From Camelus dromedarius (Eukaryota): 64,000 nucleotides of DNA. Of the stretch, positions 26,950-40,623 are shown piece after piece (position 1 is the stretch's first letter; each line of letters begins with the position of its first letter). Location: assembly GCF_036321535.1 (NCBI RefSeq), contig NC_087447.1, positions 39,744,001 through 39,808,000 on the forward strand, in the 5' to 3' direction. Position numbers and translations under genes: made by a program. Below the pieces are notes generated by a model. The model saw nothing but the letters and a program-made list of their open reading frames with translations, did not search any database and had not been told where the DNA came from.

Positions 26950-28348
26950 AACAAAATAGGTAGAACATGTCCTACCAAGCCTAAACTAAAAACAGCTTCG
27001 AATTTGTAAAAGATGCCAACAAATACTGCATATGGCTTCTAATACAATGGTAAGGGTTTTCCAAAACTAATTCTACCTTCTTTAGCAACTTCTCCTTTGT
27101 TGTTTCAAAATGTTAAGTCTCATCTAAGGCTTCGTCTCTGTTCAGTTACACTGCTGCCCCCACCGCCCCCCATCTGGGGAACAGTGAAGGAAGCGAGCCT
27201 CTTGTTTCTGGCGCCATCCCCAGGGACACACACACATTTATCGGTCTCCTCAAGAGAGGCATTTGCTATTTAATTCATTTGCTAATAAAAACCATTGAAA
27301 TTGGAGGGTTCCCTGACAGAGGAAGCTTGAAGCACGTGCACAACACACACACTGGATTTATCATCAGGAAGCATTCTCCAAAGGCCACTGAGAGCATGCT
27401 TTCAGAACCGATCAGAGATGGGAGGGGAGGAAGTGAGGGGTGGCACCACCAGGCAGGACACCCAGGTCTAATGACACACCTGGCTTACCTCCATCCAGGT
27501 GCTCAGCCAACCGGAACTCCTCAGTGCCCCAGGGTATGACTGGGAAAATTCCTCATCTGCCAAGTTTTGAACCAAGCCACGGTAGAACCTAAACCCACAA
27601 GGCAAATCAGGCAGCAGAAAGGCCCAAGTAAGGCCTTGAAATGTTCCAGTGTGAAACAGGTTAGGGGGTAACCCTTATTGTGACCGCCTAGTTAGTTCCC
27701 TCAGACTGAATCCATAGTGGAGAACAGGGTCGAGGACAGTGGCGCTGTCAGGCAGACCAAGCAGAAGCCCTGTGCCATCACACTGAGTAGGGCCTCTCTA
27801 GAGCACCACACAGGCTTATTTCCCAGCAAACTAGTCGGCCAGAGAACATTTGGTTTCAATTAACAGAAACCCACTCCCACTAACATAAGGGGGGGGCGAA
27901 AAAAAGGGTAGGGGAAAATGGGTTCATCATAAGGCCAAGGGGTCCATCAGATGACCCCAAATCAGGAACTGCAGCCAGCTCTCATGGGAAATGGAAACCA
28001 GGAAATGGAAAACCATCCGGAAATGAGACTATTTCCAAGGTCTCTCATCTCCTCCTCTGCACAACTGCTTTGTTCTTTTCTCTCTGCAAAGCAGTTTTAA
28101 TTCCATGCTTCTCTATACCCACAGGTCAAACATCTACTCCCCAGTTAGCTTTTCCCTGCACTGTAGTGTGAGCATCAAAGACCAACTAGGATTGCTGTCT
28201 CAATCCCAAAATATTCAGGAGAGAGTTTAACTCGGCTTGGGTCTGATACCCCACTTTGATCCAAACATCAGAGAGAAGGTGGGTGAGCTGGTCTAACTAT
28301 AGAGGATATCCACCTGTCCAGCACAATTACAAAAAAATATATATATAC

Positions 28349-28351
<3 letters not shown>

Positions 28352-28397
<46 letters not shown>
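28352..28397. repeat. (TG)23 microsatellite preceded by a short (AT)n run
   Basis: Read directly. Confidence 0.97.
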
Positions 28398-28401
<4 letters not shown>

Positions 28402-28863
28402 GTAACAGCTTAATAAACTCTGACCTCTGTACAGCCACAAGGTTTACCAGGTACCATCTTGTCTTATCACCACTCCAAGGAAGCACAGCTGTACAGCCAG
28501 ATCCTCAAAGAACAGATAAATGTCTTCTTTATAGTTTGCTTGTTGGTTGCTCAGGTTGGCGGAAAAAAGCATTTTGTTGTTATCAAGTAGGACTTTATTT
28601 CTGGTTCCTCCTTTTCTCTTCAGAAGAGAGTTCTCAGCAGGAATCCTGCCTGGAAATGGGCAGAACCTGGCCAATACCTGAAAATGCCCTTGAATCATGA
28701 ATGCTAAGGTCGGGGAGAGACACAGCCATGGTAGAGACACATCCAACACACACAGAACTAAAGCCTTCTGGGGGCAAGTTTACTAAAAATAATTTTCCAT
28801 AGGAAGAATCTGTTTGATGTAAAGGTTAAGCAAGGCTCCTTCCTTACAAAAGCCACTTGGCTC

Positions 28864-28950
28864 GGGGAGGGGAGGGCGTAGCTCAGTGCATGCTTAGCGT
28901 GCACCAGGTCCCAGATTAAATCCCCAGTACCTCCATTAAAAAAAAAAAAA
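28864..28950 (+). mobile_element. Vic-1-like SINE (small internal deletion)
   Basis: gggcgtagctcagtgcatgcttagcgtgcaccaggtcc...atccccagtacctccatt(A)n; flanking duplication aaaagccact. Confidence 0.85.
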
Positions 28951-30341
28951 GCCACTGGGGTTTTGGTAAAGTAGGCCCAGAGAGTCCATCAGTAGGGGAT
29001 CTATTTCACCTAGGGCAACAAACACATTCCTCCCAGATCATGGGCTACTCTGTGTGGCTGCTAATAAGATAATCTGTTACAGGAGGCTTACAAATCCATT
29101 TACATTGATTTTAATTAATGAATCAATCCCTGGCCCTGAACAACTTGGTCCAGAGACGGTAAGCAGTTCAAGATTCAGTCTGTACTCTCAGCCTGAAAGC
29201 TACATTGAAAAGAAGTTAACTCTCAGATCGATGCAGGACAAATAAAAACAACTGGGTGTGTATCTTTCACAACATAAGGAAAAAAATCTCTTCCAAGTTT
29301 AGACTGTTACTCTTCACACGTTAATAAGAGAAATATATTTTCTGTGATTTCCTAACAAACTCACCTGGGACTAGGGTTTTCTGGACAAGTCTGAAATCTG
29401 GAAAAACAAAGTCAAGTATTATGACTCTCAGTCCAACCTCTGAAATCAAAACGAGCCTAACTTTCAAAAGCTCATCAGAACCTCTTAGTTCAGGCTGAAG
29501 TTGAACAGAGAATTACCCAAACACAAAATACAAACGACAAGGAAGAACAAAGTGGCACCCGGCAGCCTGGCTGTGCTCTGAATCAGCCAGGCTTCATTAA
29601 GAAGGCAGGCAAACTTTTGCATTTGCTTTTATTTTATCCTTTACAAAGGCTGAAATAGAATTTGACCTTTCCGAGCTACTGCCAGTGAGGAACTGGAAAC
29701 AAGCTCAATTTAAAAAGCGGCATCAATATGTGACTGCTCATCGTTTCTTTTTTTCCTTCTCTTTCCTCATCTTTTTCACAGGGTTCGTCTACCCACTCTA
29801 TTTTTACACTCCTATCAGAACTTCCAATGACTCCACAAACCCCATGGAAAGAAGTCTCGTTTCAGTCCCACTTTCTCAAATCCCCCCACTAGCCAACACC
29901 AATTAGCGTCAGAGAACAGAAGAGCTGATAAATGAAAAGGCATCACACTCGATTTTAATTTTTTTTTCAAGATTGAGACAGTCCATAAATCCACAAGCAA
30001 AGGATAGAGCAGCAGGGAGCACCAACCCCACACAGGTGGAGACACCAACCCGAGTCTGCCCCGACAAGGAACGCAGGCACGGGGAGGCCACTCATAAAAG
30101 AGGATAAATAAATGCAGGGTGCAGAAACCCGGGACTTTGGGGGGCAGCACTTCACGTTTCCCCCTTACTTTCAAAAATATTTGATAACGCAGTTACCAGA
30201 TTGACTTTGAAGTCAGTGAGACTGGCCTGAAATACTGCAAAAGGAATAATAACAACAACAAAAAAAGACCCTGTGTATAAGGAAGTAAATTGCAAGCAAA
30301 AGCAAGAGACAGGCCAGAGCTCGGGCGGGCTGGCACTCGTG

Positions 30342-30372
30342 TTCTCCCCTCCCTCTCTCCCTCCCTCCCTCC

Positions 30373-30406
<34 letters not shown>
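30342..30406. repeat. (CCCT)n/(CT)n polypyrimidine microsatellite
   Basis: 65 nt, pyrimidine-only apart from one G. Confidence 0.95.
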
Positions 30407-33224
30407 GGGCAAACAACAAAAGAAGTTGATACTTCAGCTATACATATGGACTCCAGAGCTTTCTGCCACTAACGTCTGCTTGCATGCCCTCAAGTTTCAG
30501 GATTCACTGGAACCTAACTAAAGCTCTCTGAAACATGTCCCGTGCGTTTGTGGGGGCATCTCGGCGGACCTAGCCAGCCGCCTTTCCTGGCCAAGTTGTG
30601 TAGGGCTGTACAGCAGAGAAGGGTATGCCAATGCAGCCTGACATTCAGACCAAGACCACAAATTATAAACAGTTTCAGTAAATTGACTCGAGGGCCTTTG
30701 TTCCTCAGACATACATCTTCCTACCGCTTACAAAGGCAGGCAGCAGAACCTAACCACCAACGCAACTATAGCCAGGACTGGGAAAGGAAGTTATTGAAGC
30801 CTGGATTTCCTGCTTTTGCTTGTAGCCAAGAACTATGAGGCTTGTAGTGGTTTCAGGAACTGACTCATCTAATGATTCATGGATAAGATACTGCTTTTAA
30901 TACGTTTCTGACCCTAAGACTCAGAAACTTCAAAACCAGTCTGAACCTATGCTCACTCTTATTTGAAAATGAATATTCACAGCAAAATAAACAGGACAAT
31001 GGTTACGAAACAATGAAAACATCCCACCAAGGGAAGGAAGAGTAAAATGTGGATATCACATTTGAAGACATGATCAAAAGCCTAATCCGTGGACTGTGAC
31101 TTGACAGCGTCCAAACTTCCCAAAAGTGAGTAACAGGTGGAGTAAGGCTTATTTTTAGATGTCATTCCCCTAGATGTAAAAATAGATTTAGCACAGCAAT
31201 ATTTTAATTCAGGCGCATCTAGGGTTGTGACTCTAAATATCCAAGACATAAAGCAGCAAGGAGCTCCAGATTTAACTGTTACAGTTGCAAACCAGGGAGA
31301 GTTCAGGGTTAGCTGACCAATGAGTAATGTGTAATAAAGGACTCACAGTGGAACTCATTCTCTTAAATCATCCCCTATGGGAAGACTGTAATTCGGTATT
31401 TTCGCCCATCCTCTGACCAGTCCTCTCTTTCCCCCACCACACACACAGACACACACGCACACACGCACGAGCTTGCGCACGCGTGTGCATGCCCACCAGT
31501 CCTGAAAAGCAAAGCTCTCTAAAAGTACGGAGTCAGGAGCTGGCACCTGGGACATCCCCATGGATTCATTCATCATCCACAAGTCCCACCAGGGAGGTCT
31601 GCAAGCCTCCCTAGCCCAACAATCCTGGGGTTTCCCCTGCCCCTCCCCCCAACACAGGACATTAAGCACAGAACCAGTTTTAAAGGGTGGCTTTCAAAGT
31701 GTTTATAGGTTGCAACACAAATCCAGTTGCACAGAGCAAAAGGGAGAAAGGAAAACAAAAATGGCAGGCTAGTCGTGGGGGAGGAGGGCAGGGGACGAAG
31801 AAAGCAGTAAGACCAGTTGACCAGGCAAGGCCAAAGTGCAAGGGCTGCCTGGCAGGCGCTGCCCGTCTGGGCTCCTCCAACAGATTTACTAACATGACGT
31901 CAGTGGCTCCAGTCCAGCTTTCTCTCTGGTAGCTTTTACCACTTGCCTCCTGAAGCCTCCACTGTGTGAGGGAGCCACAGGACCACAAAGAAAATTCCCT
32001 TTGTGAAACGAGCTTAACCTCGGGCACAGAGGCCTGCCTTGGAACCACAGGGCTCCGCATCCTCTCTCGGTGCCCCTGCTGGAAAGGGAAGGGAATGCAC
32101 CCTTACTTAGTACACTGTACTTCTCTTAATACAAAGCTTGCTGTCTTTTTAAAAAAAAAAAAAAAAGACAAGAGGTGGGGGGATGTTAAGCAAGTATCCA
32201 AAATTTCACAGGCCAGGACACTGGATAATGCCTCAGGGTTGTCATGAATGATGATAATTTCAGGACTATTCACTCATTCTGTTTTGAGGCTGTGTTGGCT
32301 GGACTGTGAATGCGTACGGCTTTGTTTCACCAGCAAAACAAAAAAGTATCACTGGAGCTGAACCTCCAGGCCTGAGTGGAACCTCTGAAGACAGCATTAT
32401 AGATGTCTTTAAAATGAGATTTTTTTTTTTTGGCCTAAGTGCATGTTCTGTGATGCACCAACATGGGCATAATACAATTTCCAAGAAGCAAAGATAGAAA
32501 TTACTAAAACTAAGTTTAATGGGAGATCTATTAAACAAAATACACTCATTTTAGACTTACAGGCTTACTACTGCATTCCCACAACAGCATGATAGCTATT
32601 TTCCATCCAGGACTCCAGTGCACAAATCTGCCTGAAACTACAGAACTTTAACACTTTTTAGCTCATAAAAATAATATATTAGTGATAAATTCCTTAAATG
32701 ACCAGGAGATTGAATATAGTCTATTTTAAACACTTCAGGAGAGGAAGGTAAAAAACTTAATTCAACAAGTATTTATTCAAACAGATGTGTGTAAATTGAC
32801 CCCAACAATATCATCAAAATATAGCTTGCAGTCTGAATACTCAGAGTGTAATAAGATAAGGAATCTCTCACCTTCTGGTTATTTAAACAAGATGCAGAAC
32901 AAACCATCAGGCAGACATGACAGACGGCAATCATTAAAGTCTTCTCTGAAGCCCAGACTAATGTGAGCTTTGGCCTTCAAGATGAGAGTCAAATCATGAA
33001 CCGTCCTGGGCGAATTCTTCAGTTTGGCCTTTTTCTTAAGAAAGAAAAGGACAAGTTGACAAGTACAAGCATGTAAGTGGCAGAAGGAGAGCCAAAGGGG
33101 CCAAGCCTGAGACAAGTGTGCAAGGGAAGTTCTTATCAGGGGTCAAAAAGTTGACCTGGTAGGTAGGCTCCATGTCGGAAGGAGTGGGAGGAGAGGGGAA
33201 AAGGCACAGACCCTAGCACTCAAG

Positions 33225-34360
33225 TTGTAGCTTTGAAATACCACTTACCACTAAAAGGAACCCAAACTCTGCCCAAATGGTTCACTATAAATCCAAGAAT
33301 ACACAAGAAGATACAGGATAGCAAAAAAGCTATCAAAAAATGAGTAGGGTCACATCAGAAGGACACAGGAACCAACTAAAGACGTTCCCATTGGCCAAAG
33401 ATGGTAGAATTTGAGCATCAATAAGAGGAAACTACAATAGATTCAAAAGCACCTAGTAACTTTAAATCTAAAATTACACAATGATATTCAAACAACAAAC
33501 AAAAGAAAGCCACATACCTGCCTCTTCTGTGCAACTATGACAGGTTAACTAAATGAAAGTTTCTACGAGAATATTCTAAGTAATAAATAAAGTAGGGAAT
33601 AACAGGACTGGATTATGACGAGTTTGCCAAGCCCATATGAAACGAGATGTAGGCAAAGGTCATAAATCAATGGCTAACATCACAGAGAAAGAGACAACTG
33701 GACATCATATGCCTCCTGGTGGAATACTAGTTATGAAATAGTCCTATCTTTAAAAAAAAAAAAAGTTAAATCTGAATCAGACCAAGCTTCGAGATCTAAA
33801 TTCTCACTTAGAGGAGATACTGAGGATAGTAGACCATGATAAACAGCACCAGGAGAATGCAAAATCCAGAATATGAGAAACTCTACAAGAGAAACACAAG
33901 GCTTTTATAACACATCAATTACAAGGGGAAAAAGGAGGGAAGAGATCTTAAAAGAGTTTTAAGAAACACAACAAGAAATATAACTTTTGATCTTGCTGGC
34001 AGTCCGATTTAAACAAATCAACTATGGGAAAACACTGATGAGACAATCAAGGAAAACTAAACAGTCAGTGGGTATTTTATATTCAGGAATTATTATTAAA
34101 ATGTTGGTGTGATGATGTTACAGTTGGTGTATTTTTAGAAAGAGTCCTATTTTTAAAATACATACTGAAAACTTTACAGATAAAGCGGTATGACATCTGA
34201 GATTGCTTCAAAATAATACAGTGGGAGAGGAACCAGGGATTCAGACAGAACAGTAATGACCATTCCTAAGTGATGGTGGTACACGGAGGTCCACTGCCTT
34301 CTACTATACTCAACTTTTCCATAATAAAAATTTTGAAAATCTAAAATAAATAAAAATAAG
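33225..34360 (+). mobile_element. Old L1 3' region (L1MC4/5-like)
   Basis: gggtcacatcagaaggacacaggaaccaact...ttggccaaagatgg and gacatctgagattgcttcaaaataata...ccataataaaaa motifs. Confidence 0.7.
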
Positions 34361-35199
34361 ACACTGTTTCTGTCCCTCTCCTTCAAAGAGAGAAATGTGC
34401 TAAGGGAAGAGGTACCTGGCACTCTAATTCACAGCTACTGGAAGATGGTAATCTCAGTCACAGTTACAATCAGTAGGTAACATAATGGGACATTCATTTC
34501 TCTGCCAAGCCTTGTGCTAACCCTCAGCTAACCCTCACTATAACCCATGAAGGCAGCACTACTACATCCATTTTACAGGTGAGAAACAGGCGTTGAAAAG
34601 GAATAAAGACGTTACCCAAGGTCAAACAGGGAAGTGGAAACAATGTGCGCAATTCCACAGTTCATAAACATAACAAGAACCAGAATGAGTTATGTCTTTG
34701 CAAAACAGTAACCCTTAAGAGTGCCAGTAACTCCCTAAGCCAAGAGATCCAATGCTCTCCAGCGTTAAGATCGTGGAATCCAGAGTGGTGCTTTGCTCAC
34801 TAACTATTTTTGGTGAAACCTAGGAAACAGCAGAGGCAGTCCCTTTAAGATCTCAAAGGGATGAGAGCAGAGGAGAATGGGTGAAAAGTGGACATGTGTG
34901 TGTGCATGCGCATGTGTGTAAAAATATGAACGCAAAAGGGAAATTGTCTGAAGAGAGAAAAACAGAGCAGAAAATCCAGCAATAGGGGAAGCTGGAAAAA
35001 AGCTTAAAACCAAACCCAAAGGAGGAAGATGGAAAAGCAAATAAATGATCTCCTGTCAGCCTGGTCCACTCTGGCTGGGACAAAACCCTCAAGATCTTGG
35101 GCAGAGACTTAGAGAACAGAGGAAACAGGAGACTTCAGAATAGGTTGGGGGAATCAACATAGAAGCTCACTGTGGGCCACTTGCCATATTCCATCATAT

Positions 35200-35345
35200 T
35201 TCACTTCATCTTATTATTTTCATTTTTCAGATGAGAAAACAGAGGCCCAGAGAGATTAAATAATTTTCCGCAGGACCACACAGCCAATAAGCAGAACTGG
35301 GACTGGAACCTGGGTCCGACCTCAAAGCCATGCTGTCATGCTACT
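35200..35345 (-). mobile_element. MIR SINE
   Basis: catttttcagatgagaaaacagaggcccagagagattaaataa core. Confidence 0.75.
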
Positions 35346-35984
35346 TTGTTAAATACATAAAGCACTAGAGAGACCTGTACAAAGTTCAAGTAACATCAAA
35401 ACGACCAATAGCAGAAGTACCCAAAACACACTGGGGAACGTATAAAGGCTCTAAGAAGGGGGGACCAACCCTTTCAGCCCAGAGTCACCAGTATTAGGTG
35501 AACAGGAGGAAGACAGTATCAACCAGCCCACAATCTCCCACTAAGAACCAACCTAGACATCCAAGATGGGGAGTGACCCCATTACAATCTCATTTCAAAG
35601 TCCTCACCGTCTTTTTCAGGGGCTGATTGCTAAGGGCTCTGAACAAGCACAGTTAACTCCCTTCTCCCCTCTGTCCCTGCCACTGCCCATCCCGTATCAC
35701 AGCCCCCAGACATTTTCCAGCTGGTCACCGGAGTGGGGAGGGGAGAAATTCACCCCATCTCCTATGTTCCCAAGCACTCCCACTTATCAAGGAGTGAAGC
35801 CAAGGTCATCTGGCTAAACCCTACCCCTAGCACGAGGCCACTTGCACATCCAGGCCTCCAGGGTGGTAGGGGGCTCACTTACTCTGCCTGCCAGCCAACC
35901 AGAGCACATTCCAAAGAAAAACCAGATAAACTGGCAGGTCCAGTTCCAGGCCTCCAAACCAGATCAGCTCCCTGCCCCCCCAAC

Positions 35985-36049
35985 CACACACACACACACA
36001 CACGCACACGCACACGCACACGCACGCGCGCGCGCGCGCGCGCGCACAC
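35985..36049. repeat. Compound (CA)n-(CACACG)n-(CG)10 microsatellite
   Basis: 65 nt of uninterrupted pyrimidine-purine alternation; (CG)10 at 36025-36044. Confidence 0.97.
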
Positions 36050-37294
36050 CCTCCTAGAGAGCAGTTTAGACCAACCCAGCCCCCAAGCAGCCTTACCCTC
36101 TCATTCTCGATGGCTAGTGTAACTAGTCTGAGAGGTCAGGGGTACTGGGTCAGTCCTTGAGGACTGACACCAAAGGGGAGAGGTGAATCTTGACCCCTCT
36201 CAAGATGAATGACTAGGGTGGAGTAGTTCCCCTATGAAAGGCTTGAGTGGGTCACACCCAACATTGTAGGATCTTAGCCAAATGTTCGTTTCGAAAATAG
36301 AGTAAAATGGGCAATCAAGAACACAAAACAAAACAAAGTATTAACTACTTTGCCTTTTCTGCACAAATACACCAAGAAAGGGGATGTCTACCTTTGTTTC
36401 AATGTCACAATCTATCTTAACACCATTTAAATGCATATTAAGGTGACTTAATATGCAGTCTTTTATTAGCCTGGCAGCTGGTAGTCACATAGATCTAGGA
36501 ATCGGCTTCAAATTTTGGACCTGTACACTGACTGTGTGGCCTTGGGTGGGTTACTAAACCTCTCTGAGATTCACCTTCTTCAACCACAAATAAAAGCATT
36601 CAGGTTTAAATGCGGTAAGTTGAAGAATGGGCTTATGACAGAAACTGTCAGTCTTCCTTTCTTATCCAAATTCTCCCAGAGTGGGCTGGGAATTAGCAAA
36701 ACCAAAAGAGGAGTTATGGAGTGAACTCAGCAGTACTGCTCCTCCTCCACAAAACGAGGCTTTGCCAGGGTAGTGTGGGGTTGTGGACGGGATGACTCAG
36801 ATAACAACACAGCTCTCCTGGACCTTTAGGCCTAATGCTCTCACATTTTAACTCTTTAAACTAAAGCTCAGCTCAAAAGAAAGCTAGAGCATCTTCACAG
36901 AAAGGGAAAGCAAAGATTTTCAAGTGATTTGCCCAAGGTCACAGGGAGAGCCAGTAACAGGGGCTGGCCAACCAAGCCTTCCTTCCGCACAACTGAAGGC
37001 CCAAGATCCCAGCCCTGGGGAGGACCCTCAAATGTCTTCTTCCAGTGAACTGCCCTAACAAGGAAACAGTTCTCCCAGCTCTCAACAGCAAAGGCCAGAA
37101 GCCATTCATTCTCTCGGACTGAACACCTGCCCAAGTTATTGCCTAAAGCACGTGATAAAATAACTAAAGGAACAGTGGTGTCAAACTAACCACCTGGAAT
37201 TGAGCAGTGTCATTATAATTACTTTTGGTTTTAAGCAAAGTACGAAAATTTCTTAAATTTCTAAGATTCCACTTCATTTTCCCTGCTTTATATA

Positions 37295-37642
37295 CAGTCA
37301 GCCCTCTGTATCCACAGGTTCCAAATTCATAGTCAACTAACCTCAAATTGAAAATATTTGGGAAAAATATTCCAGAAAGTTCACAAAACAAAAAAACTTG
37401 AATTTGCCACAAGGTGGTAACTTTTTACATTTAGTATTTATATTATATTTATAACTATTTGAATAGTGTTTACATTGTATCAGGTATCATAAGTAATCTG
37501 TGGAGATGATTTACCATATACTGGAGAAGGTGTCTAAGGTATATGCAAATATAACCATTTTATACAAGGGACTTGAGCATCCATGGATTTTGGTATCTGC
37601 AGAGGTTCTGGAACCAATCCCCTGTGGATACTGGGTCCACTG
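37295..37642. mobile_element. MER2-family Tigger MITE
   Basis: TA|CAGTCAGCCCTCTGTATCC ... GGATACTGGGTCCACTG|TA; ccattttatacaagggacttgagcatccatggattttggtatc core. Confidence 0.88.
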
Positions 37643-38159
37643 TATTTAGGTTCATCAGAGGACATCATTCCACAGACTCCCAAAGAACAGGGATAAGCAA
37701 GTTTGAAACCTAAGAATGTCAAGAGCACCAAGACTACAGGTTCTAAAATCTGTAACCCTTCAGATTTCATCCCCAAATTTCACACAGCACAAACCTTTCA
37801 GAATTCCACTGGGAAAAACTTCTAAATTAAAACTCTGCTAGTCTGAAAGGAAATGACCAATGCTGAATCATTCCTATGAATGATGAGACACTTTTTTTTT
37901 AAATTCGTTATGAATTGATCCACAGAATAGTAGAGGGTTTGAAACAATTTAGTTGAAACTAGCACATGTTTATAAGAAAAGCTGTTCTCTGAAATTCCCC
38001 TCTGTTGAAACTCTGGTCTCAGGAACAGCCTGGGACACTCCAAGAATTACAGTGTTACGAGCTCAACACAGGGTACCACACAAGTCTCCTGCCTGAGATC
38101 TTCCTCTCTATTCTGCTTGAGTAAAAGGAGCCAGCCAGTTTCCTCAACACTTCCTATAG

Positions 38160-38278
38160 CAGGATGACCATATAGTGTATCGTCCAAACTGGTGTATTTT
38201 GAGAGTAAAAGAGGGCACTGTTAAGGATTGCACAAGGATAAGAAACACAAACCAGGACTAACCAGGCGCATGTTACAG
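38160..38278. mobile_element. MER81-like hAT-Blackjack MITE
   Basis: ggatgaccatatagtgtatcgtccaaactgg...tttgagagtaaaagagggcact. Confidence 0.55.
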
Positions 38279-40512
38279 AGCCACAAGAAAGAGTAAAGGA
38301 CAAACCTTCAGAATTACAGGTGGATAAAAACTACCACAAACAGTCATTATGAGGAAGACAGTGAGCATCTGGTAGGACACAGGAACAAGAAAGCCCAAGT
38401 TAAAATGAAGAAAAAATGAGCAAAGCAGAGCCTGAAACTGAAGGTATAAATTAACTTACGTTGGGTTCAATTTCTCCCCATCTGAAATCAACTTACAAAT
38501 CAGATTCGATACTTGACTTGTGGCCTCACATGTCTTCCAGGTCTCTCTTCCTCATGATCGCCAAGTTTACTTATCCTTTATGATTTAGTTCATGGACTAT
38601 TTAAAGGGTAGTAAGCCATATGGGCAGCTAACAGGTCAACATTTATCACGCAGTCAGTAATCCCACATCACTGAAGCTATTCTTGAGTAAAAATCTTCCA
38701 CTGCAGGCAGTCCTCTATGGTACCTTTCAGCTCCTCACTAAAGCCAGAAAACTAGCAGATGTCAACTCATTATTAGGTCACTGCTCCGATTATCAGTCTT
38801 AATCACCTGACCAGCAAAACGAATGTACACACAGGGTGGAGTGTTGGGGATACCGTGCTTTATTTTTATTATGAGGTATAATTCACATGCCATAAAACTC
38901 ACTCTTTAAACGTATATATAAAAATCAGTGGCTTTTAGTATATTCACGAGTTGTGAATCACTGTTTTTAAATCTTTCTCCCCTCTTCAACTGTCAGTTTG
39001 CCTGCCTCTAAAAGTCTTTGTTCCCAACAAGTTTACTCACCCTCTAAACAATGTTTTACTTTAATTTTTAATTTAAACTGGGAAGCCAGATTAACACACA
39101 CAGTTCCATAGGCCCTGGTTACAAGACAAGAGGAGGACATCAGCAAAAACGCAGGTGGTCTTCAGCCCAGGCTCGCAAAAACAGTCTTAACCTGCTCGGA
39201 CCAGTCACTGGGAGTGGCCCAGGTCTGAAAACACGGGGACATGGACACACCCGGAAGTGTAGCTAGGTATCAAGTAGATCAAGACCAGCTTTGGGCATCT
39301 GGCTTTGAAAACACAGGTTTCTACCCATCATCTTCCAGAAAGGATTCAGCCCACCTACCCAGGAAGCACCTGGGTACTGACCCAAGCAGACACTCACCTT
39401 GGATTAACAAACATTCTCTCAAATACACAAATACATTGGCAAAGGGATGGGCTGCCACTCACACATGAGTGTAAATTACTATCTGAATTCTATTTAAGGC
39501 CCAGAGAAAGAAATCTGATGAGACGGGGAAAGATTTAATTCCAGAGCTTGGAGTACCCAGAGGAGGAACAGGAAGAGTTTGACAGGAGTCACACCCGCAG
39601 CTCTAGCCTACTGAGCTAGCTCTTATCTACACATTATCACAGCCCTTCAAAGTAGGTGACACCAGCTCTTTTTCCAGATGGGGAAACTGAAGGCACAGAG
39701 AAGTTAAGCAGCCTGTCCCTAAACAGGTTAAGAGGTGTAATGAAGGTAGCAAAAGTAGAGGGAGGTACCTCTCTACCTCTTGTTCTCACACCCATACCCG
39801 GATGCCGTCAGAATTCCAGCAGGGAATCCTCAATGGTCCTGCCAGCCGGTCCAGAGCCCTAAGCAAAGTTTCTCTATGAAAAGATAAGTTCCACACAACC
39901 ACCTAAGAGAAGAACTTTTAGAATCCAATCCCAAAATTCAGAAAATGTCTTCCATGCAAGAACCTAAGGAAGAGGTGTCAGTCTGAGTGGATGAAGGCTC
40001 AGCATGCGACCCACCTTTGGAAGCGTTTCCGTTTAATTTGCCCTACCATTTGGCAAGGAATGATCTCAACTACTGTGTACCTATGGATGGATTTCCTCTA
40101 CTCTGTGAACAGCAGAGGTGTGGTTCAAAGAGATTAATTGTCTAGGACTTTATGGGGCGCCTCAGCCTCTCCTGGGTTTCAGCCCATCTGCCTGAGACCA
40201 GAAGTCTGGCTCTCCTGAGTTAACTCCTCAGCCTTGGGTGTTCTTCAAGAGTCACTGTCCAGGCTGAGCAGGCAGGAAATCTGGGAGGACCTGGTATACA
40301 AGATAGCATGTGCAGTTGCTGTCTACTGAGCATTTACTATGTGTTAGGCACACAGGAGGCATTCTATTAAAATTTACAAATGAGGACACTGAGACTCAGA
40401 GAGGAAGTAATTTTTCCAAGGACAAAGAAGAAGTGTGGCTAAGCCAAGAGTCCAACTAAGGTGTGCCCAACTCCAAACCTGTGGTTTTAAACCTACATTA
40501 TTATCCTGCCTT

Positions 40513-40623
40513 TTTCTTTTCTTTTCTAATTTTTTTTGGGGGGGTTAGGTTTTTTAATTTATTTTAATAAAGGTACTGGACCTCGTGCATGCAAAGCATG
40601 TGCTCTACCACTAAGCTATACCC
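40513..40623 (-). mobile_element. Vic-1-like SINE
   Basis: Minus GGGTATAGCTTAGTGGTAGAGCACATGCTTTGCATGCACGAGGTCC; tgccttttt on both flanks. Confidence 0.8.
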
